The notes beneath the pieces are model-generated. The model ran no database searches, was not told the DNA's origin, and saw nothing but the letters and a program-made list of their open reading frames with translations. Both the position numbers and the translations under genes were made by a program. This document shows, one piece after another, positions 19,988-30,734 of a stretch of DNA of 64,000 nucleotides. Source of the DNA: Acidobacteriota bacterium. GTDB lineage: Bacteria > Acidobacteriota > UBA6911 > RPQK01 > JADFOI01. Positions within the stretch are counted from its first letter, which is position 1. Every line of letters starts with the position of its first letter. The stretch covers positions 8,465-72,464 of the forward strand of contig JAYZCG010000026.1 of the NCBI GenBank assembly GCA_036338435.1, given 5' to 3'.

Positions 19988-21349
19988 ATGTGTATCTGTA
20001 GAAAACTGCTCTGCGGAGTCGTTGTCTGGACGGTAGCGTTGGGGGTGTTCCCAGCGTGGGCACAGCAAGAGCAGAGGTTAAGAAGTATTGACGGTCTTAT
20101 CTATGACTTGAGTCATCCTGATGGTGATCGGAGAAAGACCTCGGCTAAACTGTTGGGACAACACAAGGATAGTCGGGCGGTGCCGGGTTTAATTAAGCTA
20201 GCCGCAGATGAAGATGGACTGATCCGCATGTCTGCCGTTCGCGCACTCGTTCAAATCAATGATCTGCGCGCTTTGGATACCTATGTTCGCTTAAGCCATG
20301 ATTCAAGAAAAGATGTTCAGGCAAAGGCTATTGAGGGCATTATCAGTGTTCATACTCTGGGGGGCAGGGGACTTGTAACAAATTTGAAAAAATTAGTGGG
20401 AACAGTCAATCCCTTTGGTGATGATTACAATCCCCTCATTGTTGAGCCATATGTTGTGGTTAGGCAGGATGTCCAGGATGCGTTGGCTGCACTACTCTTA
20501 TGGCAGGATGAAGCGATTCGGAGAAATGCCGTGATTGCACTGGGCATTTTGCGGGCTCATTCAGTTCTTCAACCCATGGTAAATGCCCTTACAAATGAAA
20601 CTAGAAAAAGTGTCAAAGTAGAGTTGATTCGTGCCTTTTACAAGATAGGGGATCCCTCTGTGGGTTCGGTTCTTATCCCACTCATTGCAGATCCCGACAA
20701 AAAGATTCACGATGAGGCGATCTTTGCTCTGGGTCGTCTCCGGGTATTTGAGGCGGTTCCTCAACTGAAGAAACTCTATGAATCTGGTGTAGAGGAGAGG
20801 AGAAAAATATTAGGGTTTGTACCCGTGAGTGGCAGAGATGATTTACAGAAAAAACTTCTGGAAGCGCTTGCCTATATTGGTGATCCCAGTTGCAGGGATT
20901 TATTTTTAAGTATTCTGACTGATTCTCGTGAACTGTATCGCCTTCATGCTGCCGAGGGGTTAGGTCGAATTGGCGATTCAAGTTATGTAACCCGTGTGGG
21001 GCAACAGTACCTTAGGGAGAGATCTGCCAGGGTAAAGTTAGCCTTGAATTATGCCCTGTACCATTTGGAACGTGAAGAGCATTTAATAGAGATTGTTAAA
21101 AATCTAGATAAGGACCAAGCGTATTACTACCTGCTGGAAATGAATGCTAAGGATGTACCACAACTATATCCCTATCTAAAGGAAGCCGATTCCTCCATTC
21201 GTATAAGATTGCTTGAAATTACAGGTTTGCGGGGCGATCTATCTGCAGTTCCCATCATCCAGGAAATAGCCGAAAGCCCCAATAAGGAACTCGCTTCTGC
21301 AGCGAATTTGGCCTTGCGGAGAATTTTGGGGCGTTCCTCGGCAAACTAG
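19988..21349 (+). CDS. Secreted HEAT-repeat (PBS lyase HEAT-like) protein
   Basis: 453 aa. Signal peptide. Repeated 'AxxALGxxGDxxAVPxLxxLL' units (at least 8). Confidence 0.6.
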   Translation: MCICRKLLCGVVVWTVALGVFPAWAQQEQRLRSIDGLIYDLSHPDGDRRKTSAKLLGQHKDSRAVPGLIKLAADEDGLIRMSAVRALVQINDLRALDTYVRLSHDSRKDVQAKAIEGIISVHTLGGRGLVTNLKKLVGTVNPFGDDYNPLIVEPYVVVRQDVQDALAALLLWQDEAIRRNAVIALGILRAHSVLQPMVNALTNETRKSVKVELIRAFYKIGDPSVGSVLIPLIADPDKKIHDEAIFALGRLRVFEAVPQLKKLYESGVEERRKILGFVPVSGRDDLQKKLLEALAYIGDPSCRDLFLSILTDSRELYRLHAAEGLGRIGDSSYVTRVGQQYLRERSARVKLALNYALYHLEREEHLIEIVKNLDKDQAYYYLLEMNAKDVPQLYPYLKEADSSIRIRLLEITGLRGDLSAVPIIQEIAESPNKELASAANLALRRILGRSSAN

Positions 21350-21438
21350 TGGCTATAGCGGCTTATAAAGTAGGCTTAAACTTATAGCAACGGTAAGGCT
21401 TTACAATCCCTTCGTCGCATGGAGACATATTCATAGAA

Positions 21439-22908
21439 CTACTTAATGTTTAGTTCTTTCCATAGTTCGTCCACTCTGGACTTCACTTCTTCAGACATAG
21501 TTATTTCATCTGGCCATACCCGTTGAAATCCTTCTTGTGTCCATTTTCGGGTGGCATCGATTCCCATTTTAGAGCCAAAGTTAGGAAGGCGAGAGGCATG
21601 ATCCAGTGAATCAATTGGGCCTAGGGTAAATTGTATGTCGCGTTCGGGATCAATGTTGTTGAGGGTTTTCCATGCCACTTCTGCATAGTTACGAAGATCT
21701 ATTCCTTCATCTAGTACTATGATGCATTTTGAGAACATGGCTTGGCCCATTCCCCAGAGAGCACTCATGACTTTTCTGGCATGACCTGGATAGCGTTTGT
21801 CAATATCAACGAGTAGAAGGTTGTGGAATATTCCCTCGAAAGGCATATGAATATCTTTGATTTCTGGTAGAGGTTTCTGCAGTAGAGGAAGCATGATGCG
21901 TTCAACCGCAGCGCCCATGTAGCAGTCTTCTTGCGGAGGTTTACCGACGATTATGGTCTGATAGATAGGGTTCTTTCTATGTGTAATGCAATTAACATGG
22001 AAAATAGGATAATCATCAGCAAGGGAGTAGAAGCCTGTATGATCACCAAAGGGGCCCTCTGTTTTCAATTCATCGAGATCCACATAGCCTTCTAAGACAA
22101 TTTCAGAATTGGCCGGAACTTCTAGGTCAACCGTTTTACATGGAACCATTTCAACTGGTTTGCGGCGAAGAAATCCTGCAAAAATCATCTCATCTATATT
22201 GTCGGGCAACGGAACAATGCCTGAAAAAGTAACAGCAGGGTCGGATCCTATAGCTACTGCAACTTCAATACGCCGTCCGTTTCCAAGAGTATTCTTTGCT
22301 TTCTGCGCCTCTCGGAAGTGGTGAGCCCCGTGTTTGTGGATCTGCCAGTGCATCGCAGTTGTGGTTTCGTCAAAAACCTGCATCCTATAGACTCCACAGT
22401 TACGTTTGTCGTTTTCAGGATTTTTGCTAAAAACTAACGGCAGAGTGATGAACCTACCGCCATCCTGTGGCCAACATTGAAGAATGGGAAATTCTAATAG
22501 AGAGAAGTTTTTTGTTTTAACTACTTCCTGACAAACTCCTGTGCTAACAGTTTTTGGAAAGAAACGATTCAAATCAGCAAGCTTGGGAAGCATGCTAAGT
22601 TTATCCAGGATGCCCCCAGGCACGTGGATCTCCAAAAGGTCTTCCATGCGTTTTGTTATCTCGTCTAGTGAATCCACTCCCAGAGATAAATTCATGCGTC
22701 GATAAGAACCGTAGCTGTTGATCAACACAGGGTGGTTTGAACCCTTAGGTCTCTCAAAAAGTAGTGCTGGGCCATTATTTTTAGATACTCGATCGGTGAC
22801 CTCTGGGATTTCAAGAATTGGATCCACTTCAGTTTGGATGCGTAGCAACTCTTTTTCCTTCTCTAGACGTTTGATAAAGGACCTTAGGTCTGCGTATGGG
22901 TAACTCAT
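21439..22908 (-). CDS. UbiD family (prFMN-dependent) decarboxylase
   Basis: 489 aa. Full-length similarity pattern to 3-octaprenyl-4-hydroxybenzoate carboxy-lyase UbiD (N-terminal LRSFIKRLEKEKELLRI, central GPFGDHTGFY). Confidence 0.75.
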   Translation of the reverse strand: MSYPYADLRSFIKRLEKEKELLRIQTEVDPILEIPEVTDRVSKNNGPALLFERPKGSNHPVLINSYGSYRRMNLSLGVDSLDEITKRMEDLLEIHVPGGILDKLSMLPKLADLNRFFPKTVSTGVCQEVVKTKNFSLLEFPILQCWPQDGGRFITLPLVFSKNPENDKRNCGVYRMQVFDETTTAMHWQIHKHGAHHFREAQKAKNTLGNGRRIEVAVAIGSDPAVTFSGIVPLPDNIDEMIFAGFLRRKPVEMVPCKTVDLEVPANSEIVLEGYVDLDELKTEGPFGDHTGFYSLADDYPIFHVNCITHRKNPIYQTIIVGKPPQEDCYMGAAVERIMLPLLQKPLPEIKDIHMPFEGIFHNLLLVDIDKRYPGHARKVMSALWGMGQAMFSKCIIVLDEGIDLRNYAEVAWKTLNNIDPERDIQFTLGPIDSLDHASRLPNFGSKMGIDATRKWTQEGFQRVWPDEITMSEEVKSRVDELWKELNIK

Positions 22909-23165
22909 GGTTTTGTCGCGGTCTCCGCAAGTTTTAAAAACGGGTCATTTGGTATGAGAACATGTGATTTAGACAATGTCAAAATTGGAATTCTATGATG
23001 GTGTCAGAATCCCAGTGGCTATTGCTTGGCAAAAATGGAATATTTTTAGTTTTCATTATTTGATTAAGCCACCTGCATGCTGGGGGCTTACATGATATTG
23101 TGCGGTCTTAATAGATTGAGCGGTCAAATGTAGTCCGATATTGCTAGATAAAAGGGGTACGTACT

Positions 23166-24035
23166 TTGTCTGAGACGGAGCTTTTAGTGGGTGCACATAT
23201 GTCCATTGCTGGAGGAACCCCTTTGGCCCTGAAGCGTGCCCAACAAGCAGATTGCCGAGTACTTCAAATCTTCGTAAAAAATAACAACCGGTGGGTGGGG
23301 AAGTTGATTAGTGAAGAAGAAGTGGACACCTTTCGGAAAGATTGGAAACGCTCAATGATCCAAGACATAGTGGCTCATGACTGTTATCTAATCAACCTTG
23401 CTTCTCCTCGGGATGTATTGTGGCGGCAATCGATTGATGCCTTGGTTGATGAACTAGATCGTTGCGATCGACTGGGATTAAGTTACCTGGTTGTGCATCC
23501 CGGTTCACATATGGGGACGGGGGAGGCACAGGGAGTTCGTCGTATTGCACATGCCATAGATTGTGTTCATCAAGAAAGGAACTGGAAGGTCCAAATCGCC
23601 TTGGAGACAACAGCGGGACAAGGAACGAGCGTGGGCTATCGCTTCGAACACTTGCGCGATATCATTGGGTCGATTAGTCATTCCGACCGGATTGCTATTT
23701 GTGTAGATACCTGCCACATCTTTGCTGCAGGATATGACATTCGGAAAGAGGAGGATTATCAAAAGACAATGGAGAACTTTGATCAGAATATTGGGTTAGA
23801 TAGGCTGCGTGTTTTCCACTTCAACGATAGCAAGCGGAAGTGTGGAGTACGGGTCGATCGTCATGAACACATCGGTCAGGGAGAGATTGGTATTTCTGGA
23901 TTCTCTTGGATCCTTAATGATAATCGGTTTGCCAAGGTGCCCAAAATTTTGGAAACACCCAAGGGAAAAACGCACAGGGAAGACAAAAGAAACTTGAGGG
24001 TGTTGAGATCACTTGTGCGGGAGGATTCCGCATAA
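23166..24035 (+). CDS. nfo: Endonuclease IV (AP endonuclease family 2)
   Basis: 289 aa. VGAHMSIAGG start block and the HxxYLINLAS motif; TIM-barrel Nfo-family metal-ligand pattern not checked residue by residue. Confidence 0.8.
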   Translation: MSETELLVGAHMSIAGGTPLALKRAQQADCRVLQIFVKNNNRWVGKLISEEEVDTFRKDWKRSMIQDIVAHDCYLINLASPRDVLWRQSIDALVDELDRCDRLGLSYLVVHPGSHMGTGEAQGVRRIAHAIDCVHQERNWKVQIALETTAGQGTSVGYRFEHLRDIIGSISHSDRIAICVDTCHIFAAGYDIRKEEDYQKTMENFDQNIGLDRLRVFHFNDSKRKCGVRVDRHEHIGQGEIGISGFSWILNDNRFAKVPKILETPKGKTHREDKRNLRVLRSLVREDSA

Positions 24036-24180
24036 AGATTGTAGGTGTTCGAGCCATATACGTCATATTGATACTACACCTAAATTAAGTAAAACTCGTG
24101 TTGTCATGATAGTACAACGACTCTCACCTTTTACATTTTGTACGTGATCCGGTAGGTTTTAGATTGAGGAGGAGGGATAT

Positions 24181-25152
24181 ATGAAAAACTCACTTAAGTG
24201 TGGAGCATTGTTATTGTTGTTGATGGGAATCCTAGCTTGCAGTGGTGAAGAAGGCAATCGAAGCACTGTAGTCACTCTAGCCTCATCTCCTCCGGGAGGC
24301 ATGTGGTATGTCGTTGGTGGTGTGCTTACAGATATGATCACCGATTCGGTACCCAAACTCCGTGCAATTTCAGAGGTTACCAGTGGAGCTGTTGAGAATG
24401 TGCGTTTGGTTGGAACCGGTCAATCTGACATGGGTTTTGCTATTGTGAAGCTAGCACGACAGGGATTTAGGGGTGATCCTCCATTCAATCAGGCCTTTCC
24501 AGATCTCAGAATGCTGTACGCTAGTGTTGAAGTGGGAAGACTTCACATGATTGTGTTGAAGAATTCTCCCCTCAAAGACATTTGTGATGTGAAAGGATAT
24601 AGAGTGGCTGTGGGGCCTTCTGGACATGGTAGCATTCCGAATTTAAGGGAAATTTTTTCTTCGGGATGCAACTTTTCCTTCGATGATATTACTCCTGTAT
24701 ACCTCCCATATGGCCAGTCTTTGACCACGTTGGGCGACAAAAGAGTCGATGCTGCAGTGCTCTACGTGTCACCACCTGTAGCGGCTATTAGTGAGTTTGG
24801 GGCTAGGCACGATTATCGTATCCTTCCCGTTTCACAGGAAGTCCGGGATCAAATCATCAATGCTTTTCCTTACTACGTTAATATAACGGTGCCGGCCGAT
24901 GCCTATCAGCAGCTTACTGAAGATATTCCTACTGTTGGTACTGCTAATGGAGTAGTTGTCAATGCAAATCTCCCCAGCGACATTGTCTATCAAGTTATCA
25001 AAGCTACCTTTGAGAACCTGGATGTATTACGTCGGAGTCATCCAACACTTGAAAACTTTAGTGTGGACAATGCTTCTAAGGGTGGACTTATTCCTTACCA
25101 TGAGGGGGCCATTCGCTATTACAAAGAACAGGGTGTTTGGACTGAGCCATAA
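24181..25152 (+). CDS. TAXI-family TRAP transporter solute-binding lipoprotein
   Basis: 323 aa. Lipoprotein signal (…GILACSGE). TAXI receptor size and pattern. Followed by the fused TRAP permease. Confidence 0.6.
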   Translation: MKNSLKCGALLLLLMGILACSGEEGNRSTVVTLASSPPGGMWYVVGGVLTDMITDSVPKLRAISEVTSGAVENVRLVGTGQSDMGFAIVKLARQGFRGDPPFNQAFPDLRMLYASVEVGRLHMIVLKNSPLKDICDVKGYRVAVGPSGHGSIPNLREIFSSGCNFSFDDITPVYLPYGQSLTTLGDKRVDAAVLYVSPPVAAISEFGARHDYRILPVSQEVRDQIINAFPYYVNITVPADAYQQLTEDIPTVGTANGVVVNANLPSDIVYQVIKATFENLDVLRRSHPTLENFSVDNASKGGLIPYHEGAIRYYKEQGVWTEP

Positions 25153-25205
25153 TTTTTTTGCTTTGCAGCAGAAGGGGCATTAGCTTTTACTAGGTAACTG
25201 TCAAA

Positions 25206-26960
25206 GTGAACGACATATTGACTCGGCATAGTTTTTGGCAAGTAGTTGTTAGATTTTTATTGATTAGCACCTCCGTTTTTGCCCTCTACGCCAATGCTTT
25301 CAGTACTCTGGCTCCCAACTATAACCGCATGGTGCATTGGGGGCTGTTAGGTACTGCTATTTTTTTGATTTATGGCAGCAATCGATCCATCAAAAGCACT
25401 CCGGGATGGTCGGGATTAGTCTTGTCTAGCCTTTTCTTTGCTTCCACGGTTTTTGTAATTCTGGACTGGCAACTGTACATTGAGCGAACTGGATTGATCA
25501 CTGGGTGGGAACTGGTAGGAGGCTGCGTGATGATGGTACTCGTACTAGAGGCCACGCGCCGAACAATTGGGTGGTTTCTCCCTCTGCTAGTGACAGTATT
25601 TATCCTGTATGGCATGTTCGGACAATTTGCCCCTGGTATTTTTCTTCACAAGGGATATACGCTTTCACGTCTAGTGGGTGCGCTATACATGGGTAGTAGT
25701 GGAATCTACGGCCTTCCCATGGAGATTTCCTCTACCTATGTCATCATGTTCGTACTGTTTGGAATGTTGTTGACCCGTTCCGGAGGAGATCGCTGGTTTA
25801 TTGATTTAAGTTATGCCTTGACGGGGCGGTTCCGAGGTGGTCCTGCACTTACCGCAATTTTTTCCAGTGCGATCATGGGAATGCTATCCGGTTCCCCCGT
25901 AGCCAATGTTGTAACCAGTGGCAATTTCACCATCCCCTTGATGAAGAAGATTGGGTTTGAGGCCCGAATAGCAGGTGCGATTGAGGCCGTCGCTTCAGCT
26001 GGAGGTATGTTTACGCCTCCTTTGATGGGCGCTGGGGCATTTATAATTGCAGAGTTCTTACACATCGAATATGTGGAAGTTGCTAAAGCAGCCTTGTTAC
26101 CCGCGTTCTTATATTTTATTTCACTAATGGCAGTCGTCTACTTTATATCTTGGCGACAGGATCTTCGGGTTAGCTCTGATGAAAGCTTGCCTAAAATGTC
26201 CAATACTTTGGGCCAGTATGGGCACATGATGCCGCCACTAATTATTTTGGTAGTTCTTATATTTAATGGACGTAGTTTGATGTCTGCAGCTTTTTGGGCC
26301 ATGGGCCTCACGGTCGGGCTTTCCTTGGTGCGTGCTCATACACGAATCACTATTTCCAAGATCATCGAGGCGTTTGAAGATGCTGGCAGACAAGTTATTC
26401 CGATCGCTGTGGCCTGTGGATCTGCTGGAATTATTGTTGGCATCATAAGTCTAACGGGTCTGGGCTTTACCATTTCTGGAGCACTCACCGGTATGGCTGA
26501 AGGACAGCCTGTACTTTTGCTTTTTGTGGCTATGGGAGCTTCACTGTGCCTCGGTATGGCCGTTCCTCCGACAGCAGTGTATATAATTATGGCAGGTCTG
26601 ACGGTTCCGGCGATGGTGGAAGCTGGCTTTGCGCCTTTGGCCTCCCATTTTTTCATCTTTTTCTGTAGTACGATTGGATGTATTACTCCTCCTGTAGCAC
26701 TTGCTGCTTATGCGGCAGCAGCTATTGCTCGCTCTCCTGTAACTCCCACCGGATTTGCAGCTTTTCGTCTGGGAATCGCTGGATACTTGATTCCCTTTTT
26801 GGTAATGTACCGGCCCGAACTTATGATGACAGGCGAATTGGGAACAACAGTTGTTTCAGTATTGATCTCATTGGCTATTATTCTAACTGCTGCTTTTGGG
26901 CTTCAGTTTTTGGCACATCTTTGGGGGGTGGTGGTAGAAAAACGGAATGCTTCGCCATGA
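25206..26960 (+). CDS. TRAP transporter fused permease (DctQ-DctM fusion, TAXI-type)
   Basis: 584 aa. Polytopic, with DctM-like Gly/Ala-rich helices. Confidence 0.65.
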   Translation: MNDILTRHSFWQVVVRFLLISTSVFALYANAFSTLAPNYNRMVHWGLLGTAIFLIYGSNRSIKSTPGWSGLVLSSLFFASTVFVILDWQLYIERTGLITGWELVGGCVMMVLVLEATRRTIGWFLPLLVTVFILYGMFGQFAPGIFLHKGYTLSRLVGALYMGSSGIYGLPMEISSTYVIMFVLFGMLLTRSGGDRWFIDLSYALTGRFRGGPALTAIFSSAIMGMLSGSPVANVVTSGNFTIPLMKKIGFEARIAGAIEAVASAGGMFTPPLMGAGAFIIAEFLHIEYVEVAKAALLPAFLYFISLMAVVYFISWRQDLRVSSDESLPKMSNTLGQYGHMMPPLIILVVLIFNGRSLMSAAFWAMGLTVGLSLVRAHTRITISKIIEAFEDAGRQVIPIAVACGSAGIIVGIISLTGLGFTISGALTGMAEGQPVLLLFVAMGASLCLGMAVPPTAVYIIMAGLTVPAMVEAGFAPLASHFFIFFCSTIGCITPPVALAAYAAAAIARSPVTPTGFAAFRLGIAGYLIPFLVMYRPELMMTGELGTTVVSVLISLAIILTAAFGLQFLAHLWGVVVEKRNASP

Positions 26961-27114
26961 TTTTTTCTCAAATTTATATCTTTGTGAGTTGATTTGATAA
27001 TGCTACAGTGCAGAGTGAATGCGTGGATTTACTTGCAATACGACAGTGTTGCCGGATGGCTGTATGACATAATGAAGTTTTGCAGTCCCGTTCGATTGAA
27101 GGAGAACCCAACTC

Positions 27115-28614
27115 ATGTCTATACCCGTTAAAAATAAACGAGAAATTCAAGTCCGGAAGATGTGTGCAAGCATGCGTGATTTAATTGAACTACTAGAATC
27201 CCATGGACAACTTCGTCGCGTCCAGAAAGAAGTTGATCACACTTGGGAGGTTGCCTGCATCGCACGTTGGATTTATCAGGGGCATTCTATGAAAGATCGC
27301 TTTGCGCTTCTTTTTGAAAATGTTAAGGGCTCAGATATATCTATCACTACTCCTTTAATCGGAGCTTCGCGTCAGGTCTATGCTTTGGCTTTGGGGACGA
27401 CTCCGGAGAAAATTCATGAAGTGTGGATTGAGGCTTTACGCGATCGTATTTCTCCTCAGGTCGTCGATTCTTCACCAGTGCAGGATGTTGTAATCCAGGG
27501 AGAGAAGGTGGATCTTTCCTACTTGCCAGTTCCCATTTGGACACCTGGGAAGGACAAGAGGCCGTGTATTACGGCTTGTGTTATAACCAGAAATAATGAC
27601 ACTGGTGTGCAAAATATGGGGACGTACCGCTGTCAGATACAGTCTCCAAATAGAATCACATTAAATACCAATCCTGGACGGCAGGGTTATCAAAATTATG
27701 AGTCTTATGCCAGCAAGGGACAGTCCGCTCCGGTGGCAGTTGCAATTTCTTGTGAGCCAGCGGTCCATATGGCTACTTCGGCAGCGCTGCCGAAGGGAGT
27801 TGATGAGATTACGGTAGCTGGAGGACTCAAGGGTTCTGCTGTGGAGATGGTTAGGGCCAAGAGTGTAGACCTGCTAGTGCCTGCTAGTGCAGAGATTGTC
27901 GTCGAAGGGCTTCTGGACCCGACAGGGCGAATGCAAGAAGATGGGTTTGGAGAGTTTGCAGGCTACATGGGGGAAGTGGGAATGCGACCCTTCTTTGATG
28001 TTCAATGTATTACCCATCGAACGGATCCCATCTATTATGGATATATAAGCCAGCACCCTCCGAGTGAGAGCACTCTCATTCAAGGACAAGCTAACGAGTG
28101 TGTGATCCACAAGCAGTTAATCGATGATTGGGCAGAACCTGGCATTCTGGATGTAGCACTTAATCAGACCCATGGGGGTCTGTTGGGGCAGATTGTTATT
28201 CAGATGGATCCACAGTATCCCGGACATGCCAAGAAGGTAGGGCGCATGGTGGCTGAGATGGGCACCTTTTTTAAGACTGTGATTGTGGTTGACCCTGACA
28301 TTGACATTCGCCACAGTCAACATCTTGACATGGTGTTGAACTCACGCGTTAATCCAGCTCGGGATTTGGTAGTTATTGAGGATATCTATAGCATCTATGA
28401 TCCTGCAGCAGAGAACGAAATTAGCTCAAAGCTCGTAATAGATGCTACGGCCAAAGGACCCCTTCCGGATGTATCTCTCCCACCTCGAGACTTCCTCTAT
28501 AAAGGCTATGATAGTTGGAAGGAAGCGGGGCTCCCTGATTTTGACATACCCCAGTGGATGGACCAACTGTTGGACTATCATGCTGTGAGAATGATGGCAG
28601 AGGACGAAGAGTAA
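27115..28614 (+). CDS. UbiD-like decarboxylase, second paralog
   Basis: 499 aa. UbiD family pattern (N-terminal LRDLIELLESHGQLRRVQKEVD, central FGEFAGYMG). Start is probably an internal Met. Confidence 0.7.
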   Translation: MSIPVKNKREIQVRKMCASMRDLIELLESHGQLRRVQKEVDHTWEVACIARWIYQGHSMKDRFALLFENVKGSDISITTPLIGASRQVYALALGTTPEKIHEVWIEALRDRISPQVVDSSPVQDVVIQGEKVDLSYLPVPIWTPGKDKRPCITACVITRNNDTGVQNMGTYRCQIQSPNRITLNTNPGRQGYQNYESYASKGQSAPVAVAISCEPAVHMATSAALPKGVDEITVAGGLKGSAVEMVRAKSVDLLVPASAEIVVEGLLDPTGRMQEDGFGEFAGYMGEVGMRPFFDVQCITHRTDPIYYGYISQHPPSESTLIQGQANECVIHKQLIDDWAEPGILDVALNQTHGGLLGQIVIQMDPQYPGHAKKVGRMVAEMGTFFKTVIVVDPDIDIRHSQHLDMVLNSRVNPARDLVVIEDIYSIYDPAAENEISSKLVIDATAKGPLPDVSLPPRDFLYKGYDSWKEAGLPDFDIPQWMDQLLDYHAVRMMAEDEE

Positions 28615-28709
28615 TTTCCAATCTGCAGAATCATTATCTCAGGGTTACATAGCGTAGAGGAAAGGGGTATGAAGTATTTATCTATTCGTATTCCTATGGT
28701 GCGAACGCC

Positions 28710-29345
28710 TTGTGTTTGCATGATGAAATGATTACCCAGATTCTACTTGCTGCTGGTCTTTCCACACGTATGAAAAGCCCGAAACCTTTGCTGGATTTTG
28801 GAGGAAGGTCGTTGCTTTCGTGTCTTCTGGAAGAATGCCATATTTCTGCTGTGGATGAGATCTTTGTAGTCTTAGGACACGAGAAGGAAAAGATCTTGGA
28901 GCAGGTGGACTTATCAGGAGTACACGTAGTTGTTAATAATCAATACGAAGATGGTCAGACTAGCTCCTTGCAATGTGCTGTGAGAGATCTGAGTCCAGAG
29001 ACAGAGGCTTTTTTGAACCTCCCTGTCGATCATCCCTTGGTTACACATAAGGAAATAGATTCCCTCATTGAAGCTTACCAAGCACACAAATCGGAAGCGA
29101 AAATTTTTGTCCCAGAATGTGAAGGTGTGCTGGGTCGGCCGGTGTTATTCAACAGCTCGTTAGCTCATGAAGTGTTAAACCTTGATCTGAAGAGTCCTAC
29201 AAATGGAATCATCGAAAGATATCATCGAGAAATTCATAGGGTTCCCGTGACGAATCCCTACACTACAAAGGATATGGATACTCCTGACGATTATAGGGAA
29301 TGCATAAAATTGTGGAACAAGGTAGGGGTGAGGGACGTGTGTTAA
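28710..29345 (+). CDS. MobA-like NTP transferase (molybdenum cofactor cytidylyltransferase MocA-like)
   Basis: 211 aa. LLAAGLSTRMKSPKPL nucleotidyltransferase motif. Adjacent to the molybdenum hydroxylase genes. Confidence 0.55.
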   Translation: MCLHDEMITQILLAAGLSTRMKSPKPLLDFGGRSLLSCLLEECHISAVDEIFVVLGHEKEKILEQVDLSGVHVVVNNQYEDGQTSSLQCAVRDLSPETEAFLNLPVDHPLVTHKEIDSLIEAYQAHKSEAKIFVPECEGVLGRPVLFNSSLAHEVLNLDLKSPTNGIIERYHREIHRVPVTNPYTTKDMDTPDDYRECIKLWNKVGVRDVC

Positions 29346-29821
29346 GAGCGCATCTTCTCTGCTGCATCCAGGACCGAATCCACGATTTGCTTATATCCTG
29401 TACATCGGCACATGTTGCCTGAAAGTCCTATCCTCACTTCTTCTTCTGTAGGATTGGGTTTTCTCTCCAATAGTTCGTACGCACTAATTAAGAATCCAGG
29501 AGTACAAAATCCACACTGAAGACCATGGTTTTCCCAAAAGCCTTGTTGCAAGGGATGTAGTTGTCCGTCAATGGCTAGTCCTTCTACTGTCGTAATTTCA
29601 GCTCCGTCTGCCTGTATGGCAAACATTAAACAGGATCGTGCAGTCTGTCCATTAAACAAAACGGTACAGGCTCCACAGATACCGTGTTCACAGCCGACAT
29701 GGGTTCCGCTTAGATCTAGGTCTTCGCGCAAGAAGTCAGATAGCAACCTACGTGGTTCCACTTGTCTATGGTACTCCTCACCATTTACCGTTACCTTGAT
29801 TGATCGGTACTGATTATCCAT
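29342..29821 (-). CDS. Molybdenum hydroxylase small subunit, (2Fe-2S)-binding
   Basis: 159 aa. Plant-type ferredoxin cluster CEHGICGACTV and second cluster CGFCTPG / CRCTGY. Confidence 0.8.
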   Translation of the reverse strand: MDNQYRSIKVTVNGEEYHRQVEPRRLLSDFLREDLDLSGTHVGCEHGICGACTVLFNGQTARSCLMFAIQADGAEITTVEGLAIDGQLHPLQQGFWENHGLQCGFCTPGFLISAYELLERKPNPTEEEVRIGLSGNMCRCTGYKQIVDSVLDAAEKMRS

Positions 29822-29824
29822 AAG

Positions 29825-30712
29825 TTACTTTTTCCTCTTCGAATTATGAACAGCCATTGTCTTAGCTTTTTGCAATGATCGTTTGGCCAGTGCACCTACC
29901 AAATGCTTTCTTTGCGCGGCGGAAGCATGCAGATCATCAAAGGGATCGACTTTTTCAGAAAGTTTATCACCCACTTCCTGCAATACCAGATCAGTTATTT
30001 TCTCACCTTTTAGGATCTCTTCAACCGAACTATCTCTGAAGGCAGTTTCGTCAACCCCGATGGCTGCTAGCCGTGCATCGGTACATACTTCGTCAGCATC
30101 CAGAGTGATGGTTGTAGTAACTCCAACAACCGCGAAGTCGCCGTGGCGGAGAGCAAATTCCTCAAAGGCCCACCCAGTTCTAGAGGGCAAGACTGGAAAT
30201 CGAACTTCAACTAACATTTCCTCAGGCTCTAGATTGGTAGTCATAACGCTGATGAAGAAATCATCGGCAGAGTCGGTCCGTTTTCCCTCCGTACTGACAA
30301 TTACCATTTCTGCATCGAGAGCTAGGGCTATGGCAGTCAGTTCTGCTGTGGGGTCAGCATGGACGATACTTCCTCCTACGGTACCTCGATTGCGAGTTTG
30401 AGGATGTCCAATCAACTCTGTTGCATCACTCAATAAACCACATTTGGATCGAACCATTTCCGAAAGCTCCAGAGTGGTCTGACGTGTCATTGCTCCGATT
30501 GCTAGTTTCCCGTCTGTCTCTTGGACGTAGTCTAGATCCTTGACTTTGTTGATATCGATGATAACTTTCGGACTGGCCAATCTGAAATTGAGTGTGGGTA
30601 CCAAAGACTGGCCTCCGGCAAGGATCTTTGCATCCCATCCATACTGTTTTAGGAGGTCGAGAGTTTCCTCGATACTGTGGGGATCGTGATATTCAAATTT
30701 TGCAGGCTTCAT
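29825..30712 (-). CDS. Molybdenum hydroxylase medium subunit, FAD-binding (CoxM/XdhB-like)
   Basis: 295 aa. FAD-binding PCMH-type domain (ILAGGQSL) and CO-dehydrogenase flavoprotein C-terminal region. Confidence 0.75.
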   Translation of the reverse strand: MKPAKFEYHDPHSIEETLDLLKQYGWDAKILAGGQSLVPTLNFRLASPKVIIDINKVKDLDYVQETDGKLAIGAMTRQTTLELSEMVRSKCGLLSDATELIGHPQTRNRGTVGGSIVHADPTAELTAIALALDAEMVIVSTEGKRTDSADDFFISVMTTNLEPEEMLVEVRFPVLPSRTGWAFEEFALRHGDFAVVGVTTTITLDADEVCTDARLAAIGVDETAFRDSSVEEILKGEKITDLVLQEVGDKLSEKVDPFDDLHASAAQRKHLVGALAKRSLQKAKTMAVHNSKRKK

Positions 30713-30734
30713 TTTAGATTTAAGTCCAGGATTA

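Noticed and set aside
24036-24180. 7-bp inverted repeat TAGGTGT…ACACCTA just after the nfo stop
   Set aside because: The stem is short with a 27-nt loop and no U-tract. Too weak to call a terminator.
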